Shown: piece after piece, positions 22,893-36,800 of the stretch
Numbering within the stretch: position 1 is the first letter of the stretch
Layout: every line of letters begins with the position of its first letter
Assembly (NCBI GenBank): GCA_964036045.1
Contig: OZ038378.1
Coordinates: 166,780,001-166,844,000, forward strand
DNA from: Eutreptiella sp. 'Long Island Sound 2002'
Taxonomy: Eukaryota > Protista > Euglenida
Length of the DNA: 64,000 bases
Reading direction: 5' to 3'
Notes under the pieces: generated by a model
Seen by the model: the letters and a program-made list of their open reading frames with translations, nothing else
Told to the model about the DNA's origin: nothing
Databases searched by the model: none
Made by a program: the position numbers and the translations under genes

Positions 22893-23188
22893 ACAACACA
22901 ACACAACACAACACAACACAAGACAACACAACACAAGACAACACAACACAACACAACACAACACAACACAACACAACACAACACAACACAACACAACACA
23001 ACACAACTCAACTCCACGCAACTCAACTCAATGTCCCCGTCTTCTGGTGTTGGCGGGTAGGTGTAGGCAGAGGGGGGGGGGTATTTTTCACCTCTGTCTT
23101 GGGGCTGTGTTAACACAACACAGTATGGGATGGAGGGGTATTTTTCACCACCGTGTTGGCCGGCCGTGTTAACACGCTTTTTGCCCCG
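22893..23188. repeat. (CAACA)n microsatellite plus GTGTTAACAC module; mirror image of 6797-7085
   Basis: (caaca)n at 22893-23020, then the two-unit gtgttaacac module ending gctttttgcccc at 23188. Confidence 0.9.
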
Positions 23189-24660
23189 TGTGATCCTAAT
23201 CGCAATGAAACCGAATCATGCATGCAAATGCACTCCCATTGGTTCTGTTTTTCCAAGTATTGTTGCACAATGGACGCAGGTAATGTGCAACTGGAGTTCC
23301 GTAGAGATTTTCAACGCATCGAGATTGTGGGTACAGGTGTCTGCGTTGCGTGTTTCACGGCTTCTGAAGGTGCAAGAAGTGCAATGCTTGCAAACATCTC
23401 GGACCGGAATATCTCGAAAATTGTGCCATATTGGCGGCTTTCTAGTGCGTCCTGCCTCAGCGTGGAACTGTGTCGGCCAAACCATTGGTCACCCCAACGG
23501 GGCTGCCCCCAGGCTCACCAACAAGACACAGGGGAGCAAGAGGAGGCGGTTAGTGATCATTGCACCGCTAGGCAGCAACGGCCTCTCGAGGTTGGTTGTG
23601 TTGGCGTTTACAAGATCGTTACTCTCACAGCGGACGACGTTAGGCTCTCAGCTTGAACAGCACAAAACAGTATTCATGCAACACCATGGCACCCAATATG
23701 CGCTCCCGGTGGTGGTAAGTGTGGAATCTGTGCTGAGGTATTTGCTTCTACCTCTACCTCACACTTGGCTGGCGGCACTTGAAACGGTGTTGGATAAAAA
23801 TGCAACTGCATGACAATTCAGTGCCTCTGCAAGAATCCTCATAAGAATTCTCATAAACGCCCAGTGATGCATGTAATCGCGGTGTGGGTGTCTTAGAGGA
23901 AGCACAGTTACCCAGATAACGTTGCCGTGCAGCGGGCGAAGTTTTTGCTGCTTTTCCCGGTCTGAGTTGCCCATGCCTAAGTTGGGGGTTTGGACCGCTT
24001 TGGAACCGCTTTGAGCTTTTGGATGCACGTTTGCAGCCCATATTGACGAGGTGACCCCTGTTGCTAGTTCTAGGGTCGAGTTGGGTCGCCAAGGCACCAG
24101 GTCTCTGCCTGGTTGGGGTTTCTTTTGGATGTCAGATTTGGGGGCTGAAGGGTGGTGCATTGACAAGGGGCAATGAGCTGTCCGCTTTGACCCATAAACC
24201 TGCCCTGAGGACGCAAGCCCTACCCTCTGGTGCCACTCTTTTACCCTCGTCGTTGTACCCCGTGGGGCAAAGACGTGTGGATGAAGTGAAGATCAAATAT
24301 CAAAATCACTGTATCGGACTGTATCCCAAGCCTCAAAAGTGTGTATCAGGAGTGCATCCCAAGAGTGTGTACAACATGGTACACGCTTTTGAAGCTTGGG
24401 TCACACATGTGATGCATGAACAAGAACAGAGGGAAGAGATCTTGGCCATCGCCACAAGACACGTGCTATATCAAACACAGATTCTTCAAAAAGCTCATTT
24501 CGTCGGGGTGGGGAAAGAGCCGCAAGGGAGTGCGGAAGTGTGTAGGACCACAAAAGCGGAGCATCCAAAAAAAGCGTGCATCCCATGCTGGCGGTGATGC
24601 TCTTTGTCTGCACGTCTGGTGGGAGTTGTGGGTTGCGAGAGATGCACGTACGGTTTGCAG

Positions 24661-24843
24661 GGTCGTTTGGGGAGGCGATACTATGCGTCGACAAGCGATA
24701 CAATATGAAAGTGATCGTGAAGCGGATGTCCAAAGCCGGGGCGAGCCCAAAGGAAATGAAGCAGGCCGTCAACGAAGTGCAGATCCTGTCTCGCTTGAAC
24801 CACGTCAACATTGTGAAGTACATCGATTCGTGGCTGGAAAAAG
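24661..24843 (+). CDS. NEK: NEK exon: Gly loop to subdomain IV
   Basis: tttgcag|GG TCG TTT GGG...GAA AAA G|gtgtcg; [23 protein letters not shown]...[24 protein letters not shown]. Confidence 0.95.
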
Positions 24844-27800
24844 GTGTCGCTGCCTCCCGCCCTCTATAGTTCGGCCCCTGCGTCTTCGGCCCTGGCGTCA
24901 ACGGTCCCCCAGCGATCAAATTGGGGTTTACTTTATGAAATCTCCGTAAAGTAAATCCCAACGGCTTGTTTCTTTGCTGAGATTTCACAAAGTAAATTCG
25001 GCCTAGACGACTGTTATAGGGGCGCAACTGTGACGTAAATCCCAAAGGCGTTTCACTTTACTGAGATCACTTTACTTCAAATATGGGATTCACTGTATTT
25101 TGCTGGGCATTTACGAACTACCGGCAGGAGGTTGGTGAAGTAAATCCCAACGGCGTTTCATTTTACTGAGACTTCATCAAGTAAATGTGGCCTCAACGTC
25201 TGTTCTGCGGGCGCAACTGTGAAGTAAATCCCAATGGCGTTTCACTTTACTGAGATTTCTTTTACTTTACTTGTAAAATTTGCTTCATGAAATCTCAGTG
25301 AAGTCAAAGGCCATTGGGATTTACTTTACAGAGGCGCCCCATAACAAACGTCCAGGACAGAACGGATGTGTTGCTGGCCCATGCCCCCCTGCAATGGAAA
25401 GATCAAGCCCTCTCCATTCCCCATGGGCTTGCACGGCGCCTGGCCGCCGTTTTCCTGGCGACGGTTTTCATGGTATAAGATTTCGGGAGCCGATGGGGGG
25501 GAACGAAGGGCTGGCTCATGCCTGTGCACAGAGACTGCAACCCACCTCTATTTGTTCTGATGCAATTTTCAGTGAATCCGGCCCCCGCCTCGATTCGTCT
25601 AATCTGAGGTAAATCCTGTTGTATGAAGTAGACCCGAAATGTGCGAGAACGAGTGCCCTGGGCCCACTGCCCCTCCCTCTCCCCCTTTTGCAACACTTTC
25701 TTTTTTGTGGGGAGAGCAACTGGTGACTCAATACCACTGCCAGTGCACGCTGCAACAAGTAGTGGAGGGTTGGGTACCCCCAAGCCTTTGAGGCTCGTCG
25801 TTTTCTGCCCTTTCAATGAATCGCAGGGCTGCTGCACATTGAAATGGAATATGCCGAAGGCGGAGATCTGCATCAAAAGCTGCGCCGCATGCGGTCCCAA
25901 CACCAACACGTTCCCGAACCGGTGTGCACCCGTCGCCTCGTGCTGTGCCTTGCTTCGCAATGAAAATCTCTTCCAGTTGACAGGAACCGCACTGCCGAGG
26001 TCGGAGCCACAACCGTAGCACGTGTGGTCTCCTTTGAAGGCGGGCGACCTTGTTCGGAACCCCCGCCCCCCCCCCCCCCACTCCCAGGCAGGTGGCTGCC
26101 CGCAGCAGTGCGGATGCCCGCAGTAGTACGGATGCCTGCTTGTCATAGCAGAAGGTTCAAGGGCGAGAGGCCAATAGGCGTCGCCACAGGCTAACCCCCC
26201 CGCCTCCCCCGCCCTTCCAGACCCCCCAAAGTTCTCGGACGCGGCTGTGGACAAGGTCAGGTTTTGGCTGGGAAGCTGGGCGCCAAAGACGCCGGTTTTT
26301 TTTTTCACGTACGGCGTGGGGTGAAAATTTTTCTGCCCCATGTGTGTGCTTACAATGCTCAGAATTTTTCGGAGGGTTCAAATATGCATGGAAAACATGA
26401 ACAATTTTTTGACCCCCACCCCCATCCCACCCACCCCAACCCATTTTGGCTGCTTGGCCAGCCCCCCCGGGAAAATTTTTTTGCAAAACAATTGTTTGGC
26501 CCCAACATATGTACCTCAAAATGATCAGTGCAACGTGCTGATCATTTTGAGGTACGTACGTTGGAGTGCCATTTTTTTGGCCACCCCCCCCTCCGGACCC
26601 CCAAAAGTTCTTCAACAAGGTCGGGTGTCTATATTCGAACTGGTTGCCCCCTTGTCTCCTTTGCTTTTTTTTTTTGGCGCTCAGGAGCGCCCTGGGGCCT
26701 TATGGGGTGCCCAAAAACTGCTCAACCGCTGTCAGTTCCCCTCCAACCGCTTTCAGTTACAACCGTCGTCGGTTGCCGCCCGAATATGACTGAGTGTATG
26801 TATTTTTTTCTGTAAATGAGGAAGCGCCTGGGCTGAGGGGCTGCATTTGTTGCAGCCCCTGCGTGTACCACCCACGTAATCTCCCTGCTTTTGGAAGAGG
26901 CACAGCGTGCTTTTCTTGTCTCCACAGAGGGCCCTCGACTGGCTCATGCAGATGTCTGCCGCCTTGAAGCACCTGCACGACCAAAAGATTTTGCACCGAG
27001 ACCTGAAGACGCAGAACATATTCCTCTCATGCAAAGACTCCGTCATCAAATTGGGTGATTTTGGGATCTCTCGTCTGCTCAACAGCTCGCGGGTACTGTT
27101 TGCCGATGGTCTGGCGGGTGAGGGAGCGTGTGGCGCTGGGAGACGCCGCAGGGGATGTGGATGGCCCTGGGGAAGAGGAACAAGAGGCGAACTTCCGGAT
27201 GTCGAACGTGATGTGGACCGACACCTCAGCGCCAAGGGGACTGCGCAGTCAGAGGCCATTGCAGAACACACTGCCGGTAGATGGAGCAGTGGGTGCAGAG
27301 CAAGGCGACGTGGAGACAGATGATGGGGAATAGGCAGAACATCATTTGCCGGGGCTTCGGGTCATTCCAGCAGAGGCGAGCAGACGGTGGATCGCGTGGG
27401 ACGGCTTTGGCCTTTGGGCTTGTCCGCCCTGTCCGACAAAGGCCTTGGGGGCCCACGGATTGCCTCATCCGGGGAGAGCCAGGCAGAGGCGCACCACTCT
27501 CGCCCGCCGGCCATGCGGCCGGGCGGGCTGGGGTGCACGCCTTCCGAAGTGCGGACTGTGCATGGGCCTGCCGCGCGGCGTGCAGTGCATGTTGTGCGTG
27601 CGGTGGGTCGTGTTGTCCCCCGTGGCGCCCGGCCGCCCGAGGGATGGCCCGTACATCCGGCGGTGGCCCATGGGGCTCCAATCCACAGCACGTGGCTCCC
27701 CATTGCTCTGTGAGCGCACAGGCCCTTGTCTGACATGAGCAATCCACGTGGACAACGAAGTGCAGAGGATTGCCCGCTCAAGGGGATGCAAACCCCTCGG

Positions 27801-30800
27801 CTGACACGAATGGAAGACACGACAGGTCCGGTCGGACTTGGTGATCGTGTGGGAGGTGGTGGGTGGGCTGGGGGCATCGCTTGAGCCCCCTCTTCCGCCA
27901 GTGGGGCTCCGGAACAGACGCTCTGGAACCCCGTAGAACCCGGCGACGCCCTGGTAGGTCTGCTTGCAAGGGCAACTCCAGGCCACGTCGATCCTGGTGC
28001 TGGGCACACACCCAACCCAATCCCGCTCTCGCAACCGAGTGTTTCCCCGCACCAGAAGCAGGGAATGGGGATGACGGAGACAGCAGTGGGCAGTTCACCG
28101 ACAGCGACTGGCGGTTGTGAGCTGACTGCTGGATTGCCCGCAGACGATGTGCTGATTACCACCGCGGGCGGCGAGTTTGCCCGTTTCCGGAGATCAAAAC
28201 ACCGTGCAACCCCAACCTCACCCACAGTCTGCATGGAGATGCCGTCTCGTTTTGTAATTTCGCAGGACCAAGCGGCAACATTTGTGGGGACGCCATATTA
28301 CATGTCTCCCGAGTTGATGGCCGAAAAACCGTATGTTGCAGGGCTTTGTTTTGGATAGCTGGGGACACTTCGTGCACACTTTCCATTGAAGTTCTACAAC
28401 AAAAAGACGTGGTCTGCATGTAAGCAGAACTCACACCGCTGCAGATCAAAATATGTAGTTTTCAAATCTTTACCAACCTCTGACAAATGCTTTACGGACC
28501 CTGTGCAAACCTGTACAAGTCTACAAATGTACACACCAACTACACAAATGCGACATGACACACGTCCTACACATGAGGTGCGCAAATCATGTCTTGGCCA
28601 TGTGCAGTTTGGATCAAAGCCGTGAAAACTGTGCACCCATTCTTTTGGCGCAGTGCTTTGGCGCAGGGTTCTTGGGGCACAGGGTTGTTGGGGACCTGGT
28701 CGTTGAGGACTTTGTTTCTTGAGGCACGTTTCTTGAGACACAGTGTTCTGAGTGCACATTATACATTTTCGCCATCCTGCCTGAAACTGCTACATTTCTT
28801 TTCTTGGGCTTTCTTAGGCTTTTCTTGGGCACCCTCTCCCCCTTTCAATGTCCAGGGTGTCCCCACACCTATCCCTGCCTACTGACCCCTTTTGAGGGGC
28901 GGCAGGATCCCAGGAATGTCCGAAAGACGACTCTATGGACCTCTTGACATGCAGCTTGGCTCATGGTTGGTCCCATGGGTGGGGCTCTCTTGGCTTATGT
29001 GCTGTTGCTTTCACTCTGTGGCTTGGGCCTCTTGGTGTGGCTGTGCATGAGCTCAAGTTGGGACGCTACTGCTCTGCTTTTTTCAAAGGGCATAGGGTGT
29101 GTATAGCCTGCCTTTTCCACAGATACAACAGCAAGTCTGATATCTGGGCACTTGGTGTGGTCATGTATGAAGTGATGACGTTCAAACACGTATGCCAACG
29201 CTTGCAGGGCAGACCGGTGTTTTGAAAGGTCAGGGATCCCGGACCGAGACCTCAAGAACATTGACCAGCCATTGATCGATTGCCAACTCACAGAATGGCT
29301 ACATAAAGAGGGGGGGAACTGGGGGGAAATAGGGGCAACCTTTGCCCGGCGCGCTAACGTTCCCTCAAAGTGGCTACATAGCCCCTGCCGTCTCAGGGGC
29401 CCGGAAATGGGCAATCGATATGGCTACATCACCCTTGCCTTCTCAGGGTCCCCATGGTGGAGAGATCAATATGGCCACATCACCCCTGCCTTCTTGGGGC
29501 CCCCGTGGTGGGGAGAAATCAACCTAGAAAGGAGTGGATATGGTGAAAATTGGCAAAAAATGGGTGAAAAGGGGTGGAAAAAAAATATGCCATATCCCCA
29601 ATGCAACAGAAGCATCAAAACACCATCATCAAACAACAATGACGCCCCTGCCATCACAAAGTATGGATTCCTAGAACGCCTTCTCGGGGGTCCCCAACAC
29701 AGGGATGAAAAAATGGGAAAGGAGTGGGTGAAGTGGGGGGAAACAGGACAAAATTTTGGCCGGCGCACCTGGCGTGCTAACGTCCTCCCACATGTGGGCC
29801 CCCGAGACGTCAGGACTTAGGTAGCCATTTCTGATTTTGCCCCCTTGTTGATGTAGCCATTCCGACCAATTTAGGGCCCCTGAGACGGCAGGGGTTAAGG
29901 CATGAAAGCTTTTCTGTTCGCCCGCAGTTCTCCTTTGTTGTTCATTTGTGCTTAGGGTTTCTGGGCTGGAGGAGGGAGTGATGTTTGGGTGTGAGGCATT
30001 GGGATCGATGGCCAGAACATTGATTTGGTGCTGGGTGCGTGCCGGGCAAACGTACTCTCCATGTCGAGACCCCACCCATGTCTATCAGTGAGCCGTCAAT
30101 CGTCATCAATCCGCCACCCACGGCTGTCGGTGACCCACCGACTGCAGTATGACGACCGGTGCTTGTGAGGGTGGTCTTTGAGAACAAACAGAAACAGTAG
30201 CCCCTTCCCATATTTAGTGGGTGGCCGCCTCTTGGGAGAGGCTTTGAGTTGGCCGTGCGTGCTCCTTCTGTTGATTTAAGTAATTGTTTTTGAGAATAGT
30301 CCGCCTTTCTTTGTTGGAAAGCGCTTCGACCCGAATTAATCCGGTCAGGCAGCGGAAGTCCAACCCCTGCGGCCTCAGACTGGGGGATGCATACGGAACA
30401 GGGGGCTTTTCCTTCAGCAACAAGAGATTTTTTCCAGTGACGAGGTCTGCATAGCGTCCCTTCCTCCACCCACGATGTGACTGGGCGCCAGTTCAATGGC
30501 ACAGAAGCGGGATTCTGCTCCACCATCTGGGAGTTGTGGGGGGAGGGAGTCCCTTCATGTGTTCACTGACCACAAACTCATCACCACGCTCCCATGGGTC
30601 GTTGATGGTGGCAGGTACGCGCTCCCCATATGTACGCGTGTAAAACACCTGTCGACCAGGAACAAGCAAAGAACGGTGAGCGAGCAAGCCTCGAAAGTCT
30701 ATGCAAGTCGAGCAATTTTCTTTACATGTGCAAATTGCAACCAGATTAATTTCCATCCCAAATTAGTGCACTATGTACACCTTGCGCACAGGGCTTTTTT

Positions 30801-33800
30801 AACAACTCGACACCACTGGTGGGGGGATGAATGGGGTAAATTTCAGGGCGAAATCCCCGTCAGTGCGACCCCCCGAATTCATGTGCCCCATCTAGGATCC
30901 CATGGAAAATCAGTAGTTAAACTACCCCCCCCCCCCCCCTTGGTGAACACCCTGCAAACAAAGCATGACAACCGTGGAACAAGGAAGTTGACGCACTGGA
31001 AGGTTTGCCTCCGTGTTGTAGAGCATCAAGTAACTCATCGTCCTCCATGTTGTTCACATCAAGTCCCTGTTCTGCAGCCTCGGGTTTCTTCATAGCTTCA
31101 ATGTCGCCATCAGATGAACTGCCCAAGTCAGAACCATCTGATCCCTCAAACAACAGAAACACTACACACAGAAATCCTCAGACTCCGCCTCATTTAATGT
31201 ACCCCCCCCCCCCACACTTAAAGTACTCCCCGTTGGGAAGCCAGAAGCTTGCAGCTGTGGAAGGTACCCAGGGGTATATTAAGTCGAGGGCGGGGGGGTT
31301 TACGTCGAAATGCCACACCTTGGCCCCCCACTCGCCATGGCCTCAGGTCATGCAGTCTGTTTTGTCGGCGCTGAAAGACCATCCCTTTGGGGGCGGTACA
31401 GAATGCTTCATGTGGTCTCACCTGCTGGGCCTGATGCTGTCACAAATGTGGTCATGCCTGATGTGGTCACACGTGATACAGTGATGCGTGATGTCAGCTT
31501 CGAGAAGCAGTCGGCTCCAGCCGCATGGGGCAGGCAGGGGAGAGTTTGGGGGTTCGAATTGCTGCCCTGCATGATCAAGTGTGCGTCCAACACCGTGTTG
31601 ATGTGCAGCCCTTCGAAGCGCAAACCCTCGCAGAGCTGGCGGTGAAGGTCCAGGCCGGGCGTTATACCCTCATTGAGCACACAGGTACCTGCTGGTGACC
31701 CTTTAGTGCTCCCGGATCCCCTTTTCTCCCGCATCCATCTGCAGAGCGTGTGGACCCGGCGACTACCCACGGTTTGGTCCATGTTCATGCGTGCTTGTAA
31801 GAAGCTGTGGGGGGGGGGGACGGGACGTGGGTTTGGAGGTGTGCGGGGGAGGTGCATGTCCGCTTTACCTTTCATTTTTTTGGATTGGGAGGCTTGGAAA
31901 CACCATCCTGAAGTGCAGCACACCAACCAGGGGCGGATATGATATTGACGTCGATACTTTGGTAGGGCTGGGGTGGGGGTGGGGGGGGGCTGTCGGGGGC
32001 CGTGGTGGCGAATTACAACCACGAAAAGCCCGCAGGAATTTTAGGAAAAGGGCAGTCTGAGGACCGGTGATGATTATGCATCGGGCCGCGCGGAAAAAAA
32101 AAGCGCCCCGTGATACAGACTTCAAATGATCAGCGCGTTGTAGGGGGTTATTTTAGGGGTCTTATGTTGGGATATCAGGGACCCCCTCCCCCGCCCCCCT
32201 GGGGGCCCAGGGTAGAGTAGAGGAGGGCGTAGCATTAGACGGGTCCCAATCTGAGGGGGATCACGACTCCGGGGGTGGAGGTTCCATTTTTCATGCCCCC
32301 CCCCCCCGCGCACCGCACTGACTGTGGAGTGCATTACCTCTGGTTTGCATTTGTCTGTTTTTTTAATTAGGTCACCCCCCCCCCCCCCGCACTGCAAGCC
32401 CCCGTCGGCAGTGTTCACCTGCACGTCCCGTGTGGTCCTCCACATCTCTTTGGGCCTGTGTTCACTACACGCATTCCTATTCCCGTGTGCCGGCTCCTTC
32501 GCTTTTGAGTCCCCCTTGTGGCCACTCACAGTCTTTCCATCTCCCGTGTCTTAGCCATGTGCTCGTGGACTCATCATAAAGCGGAGATCTTCCTCCGTGA
32601 GCAGGTGCCACAAATGAAGCAATCCCGGTCTTCGTGCGGTTGGGGGGAGAAATGGAGCGTCCAAAAGCGCGCATTCGGGTGGTACGTACGGACGGAGGCT
32701 CAATTGACCGGGACCATTTGTCAGTACCCGTGAATTCGGGCGCCGAAGGTGCCGCAGTAAAACCGGGGTCAACAATGGTCGCAATTTTTCACTGCGTCCC
32801 CGACGAAGGATGCGTCCTTTTCTGCCGGACTCCCGCGTTCATTTTTTTGAAATGAAACGGGTCTGGGTCACCTCCGGGCCATCCCGCGCGGCTTTTAGGA
32901 AGGAGTCTGGTCTATTGAGCTCCCCTTTTGGGGGGGGGGAGGGTCCGGCCAAGGGGGCTCTATGCGCCCCCGCACCCCCCGCAATTCAAAACGCGGGAGC
33001 CCCAGATACGTGTGCGCACACAGTCAAAGAGATTCTAGTGCAGGTGTATGCGGTGCAATCCAGGGGTCCCGGTGCTTGGACAATCGATGAGGAGGCCCTG
33101 GCACTCATCCCAAGCAAGCTTCGGCTGTACCTGACACTCATATGGCATCGCCGTGCGCACCGAAATCTGTTTGTGTTGTGTCGAGTGTGCAGGTCGTGTT
33201 GGTTTTTGTGCTTTTATTGCCCCACACCACCGATTGTATTTCATGGGACCCAACCAGCCTTCTGGACCCCCCGACCCGCCCCCTACTCCCAATAGAGTGT
33301 GGGATCGGGGTACTGTCCATTGGATAGCCCCACAACGAGCAGCTTTCCTGCGTAAGAGGGACTTTATTCCACCCACAACGGCGAGAGTTGCTGGTCGAAT
33401 GGGCACTTCCGAATCCTACTCAGCACACGCGGCATCTGTTGATCTGACCCCGACCTCGCACAGGGGCCGCCAAGCATTACAGTGGTGACCTGAGCCAGGT
33501 CGTGAACACGATGCTGCAAATCGATCCAATCATGCGCCCATCGGTCAACCAACTGCTGAGGTGTGCACCCTCCCGGAAGGCGCCTGATCAGGTCAAGTCC
33601 GAGGAGCCGCACACCCACACCACCGCACACCCACCGGCCCTGCCGGGCTTACCGCGCGCACCCACGAGGTCCCGGTCGCACAATTCTGCAGGAACTCACG
33701 CGGAAGTCCGGGGCGAGTGCCATGGGACTCCGTGCAGGGGTGTGCGCTTGCCGAAACCTTGGCAGCCTTAAGCGATGAAGTTCGTGTGGCTTTGGCAGGT

Positions 33801-36800
33801 CAGACTGGGCCATAGCTCCACGTAGCGACTGAGGGAAAGTGCAGGAATCCTGGACAGGGGGAATTACGGGATAGAATTGTGGGGAAGCAGGGGGATGTAT
33901 GGGGAACTAACATTGCATCGCACGTTGTGTGCCCATATGTCCCCCGGATTCCCCATGATTCCCCATAGTTCCCCATGATTCCGCTTTTTGGTGTTGTTTC
34001 CGCACGCATTGACACCCGCACGGGCCTGTCAATGCCACACCCACCAAAGCCCAATCCCAATCCCACACCACCACCGTACAGACACCCAAATCCATTTGAA
34101 ACGCGTTCCTCTCAGGGTGCCGCTCTTCCGGACTCGGCTGCAGCAACTGTCCGAGGGCCTGAACCCCACGCCCTCCCATGCGCTGCAGCCCAATCACGGG
34201 AAGTCGCCCCCGAAGAAAGCGGATCGCCAGTGGGGGAGTCCGGTGCCTGCGAAGGTCTGTCTGAATGGAGCGTGTCCGTGTGCTCGCCGCATACACTCGA
34301 ACCGTTGCAAAGCTGTCCTCCACGGAGCGCCCTGACTGGACTTGTCGCCCGAGTCATGTGATTTGTGGCCGCCCTTCAACTGCGAACCGCTGACTTTTTG
34401 ACGTGCCATCGTGACGTCCAACCGGCATCGGTAGAGTGCACCTGCGACCCTTTGCGATCAATGGGTAGTTCCTGGCAGACCTCCATCTGCCAGCGGCCCT
34501 GACATTTGTAGCAGTGAGCATCCGATCCCTGTCGATGAGTCACTTGTTTGGGGATTGTGAGCATGTCCGGGGCCTTTGTATCGTGCCTCCCCCCGCACCC
34601 TCATTTTGCCGCCAGGCGAGGAACGCTGACGCTGCGGTCTGTTACCCCCACGCCCTGCCGCCCCGGATCCTCGGGGACGCCGACCGCGCCTCGCCCCAGG
34701 ACCCCCACCGGGTCCCGGTGCCCTTCCTGCCCTTCAACTTCCAACGGGCCGCGCGCGCGCGCTCTCCCAGCCCCACCACGCCCCCCGCGCGCTCCCCGCC
34801 ACGCTCCCCGCAGGACCCGCCGGGGCAAAGGGGCAGTCATCCTGCCGCCTCCCCTCAAAGGGCCAGCCCCTACCGCGACTACCCGGGAGTCCCGGCGGAC
34901 GGCGGCTCCCCCGGGGGGTCCCCGGCGGCCCCCAGAGCCAGCAGCCCCCCTCGCGCCGCGTACCGGTCCCATAGCCCGGGGGCGGCACCCGCGCCGAGCG
35001 TGCGGTCGATCAGCCCCCCGGTGACGCCCCCGGGCCCTGTCCAGCCCCTCACCCCCCCGCCGTGCATCGTGCACTACTGCGCGCCGGAGCCCCCGGCGGT
35101 GCCCCGGCGGAGCAGTGGGCTCGCAGGCGCGGCCCCAGGGGGACACCAGGTGTGGCACGTGCAGCCCCTCCGCACGGCATCGTGACGCAGGGCACACACG
35201 GGCACGACGAGGGATGTCCGACGCCACAAGTCCAGTGTTTTGCTGTTCTCGACGTGGAGACCGCACGAACGGGGGAAGTGCAGCCCTTCGCGTCCCCAGG
35301 CCTCCCCCGCCCGGGGCCAGTCTCCGCCCCCGCTCCAGCGCCAGATTCAGCCCCAGATCCGTCATTCCTTTGAAAAGTGTGTGAGACCAGAGCAGGCGTG
35401 GGCGGATCATACTCCCCATCCGCGGGGGCTGGTGTCCGTGCGACAAGCCTGACCCGGGGATTGAATTGGCCATTCAGCCCCTTCATCACCTCAGGACACA
35501 ATTATTTCTTGAGGGTTGTTTGGGCCCGGACCCGGTGGACCGCCGCAGCCGGACTGCCCAAGAACGAGCACCCCAGTTTGGGGGTGAAGGGGGTGGGGGG
35601 TCAGAAAAAGTGCCCCCTGCCTTTTTTCATGACCTCGAAATAACGCGGTTTGGTTTTTGGATTTTTCAATTTTGAGCCGAGCATCGCGGAGGCTGTCGGA
35701 TCAAAGCCAGGCAGGCCTGCACATCATGGGAATGCCATGCCACCCCCGTTGGAGCCCATTTGCGTACCGTATCCGCGGGGGGTCAAAGGGGACGTTTCGC
35801 TCCTTGTGAGACCCGTGTTTTATGGAACACAAGTGTGCCCGATGGTGGCGGTCCCGCGTCCCATCCCCAAGTGCCTCAGACGACCTGGCCTACCCAGCGG
35901 TCCGCGAAGAGCACCCGCCAGCGGATTGTGGTGCAGTGCTGTTTGCGTGGGGCCCTCCAGGCGGCCCCCCACTTCAAAGGGGAGAGGCTGCTGGTGCTCC
36001 GCGCCCGGAACACGGGGGGCGCGTTGCGTGCAGTCCGTGCGCAGTGCGACCCTCCGGCCGTTTGGGCCGACCAAGCACCCGATGTACGATGTAGCCCGAG
36101 TGGCGTTGGGGGGCAGCCTGGCCCAGACCCCCCCTCCCCCCTTTAACAGTGGCGAAAACCTTTAGGAGGTCTGGGCCGCTTTTGGCTGGAATTTGGCGCT
36201 GAAGGCGCCGGAAAAAAATGTCGGGGGGTAACACTTCGTTTTCACCGCCGGCGTGTGCACTCGAAATGCTCAGAATTGAAAGGGGAATCCAAATATGCGT
36301 GCAAACCGTGAAACAATGTTTTTGACTCCTGACCTCCCCCATCCAGCCCCCCAAACGTGGCTGCAGGGACCGGACCCCCAGGGGGCTGAGTTTTCCCCCT
36401 CAAAACCCCCACACATCTGTGTTCAAAAGGATCAGCGCGACGAGGGGCTGGTTTTGAGGGTTTACATGTGGGGTACCCGGGACCCCAACCCAGCGCCCCC
36501 CCCCCCCCAACAGGGCCCGAGTCGTTGAGGTGTATGGGAGTCAGGGTCTGAGCCTCAGTCCCCCCCATGACAGTTGGTGTGCACAATATGTCTTTTTCAG
36601 TCGGTTGATTTGGCATGAGGAAAGATGGGGAACCACATTGCCGGTCTGGACCTCTTAGAGTCTTTTCTGCCGAGCCTTGTCTGCGGGGCCATTTTGAGTG
36701 TTGGACAATTTGGGGGCGTTTTTGGGGCAGTATGTCCCACAAGTAGCGCACGGAGCAAAGATTCCCCCCCCGGACGGGCTGCCGGCCGCCATGCAGCGGA

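Noticed and set aside
24416-24594. ORF 24416 as the missing first NEK exon (…SHAG G|gtgatg)
   Set aside because: Splicing would give AGGSFG, without the first Gly of GxGxxG and without the expected Y/LG pattern.
27330-27800. Minus-strand VHVDCS...WGA resembling a DIRS RNase H start
   Set aside because: Too short and degenerate, in GC-rich sequence with many open frames.
35230-35400. Extra NEK exon between 35149 and 36888
   Set aside because: Flanking exons already join in phase 0, and no candidate had both a clear acceptor and a GTRTG-type donor.
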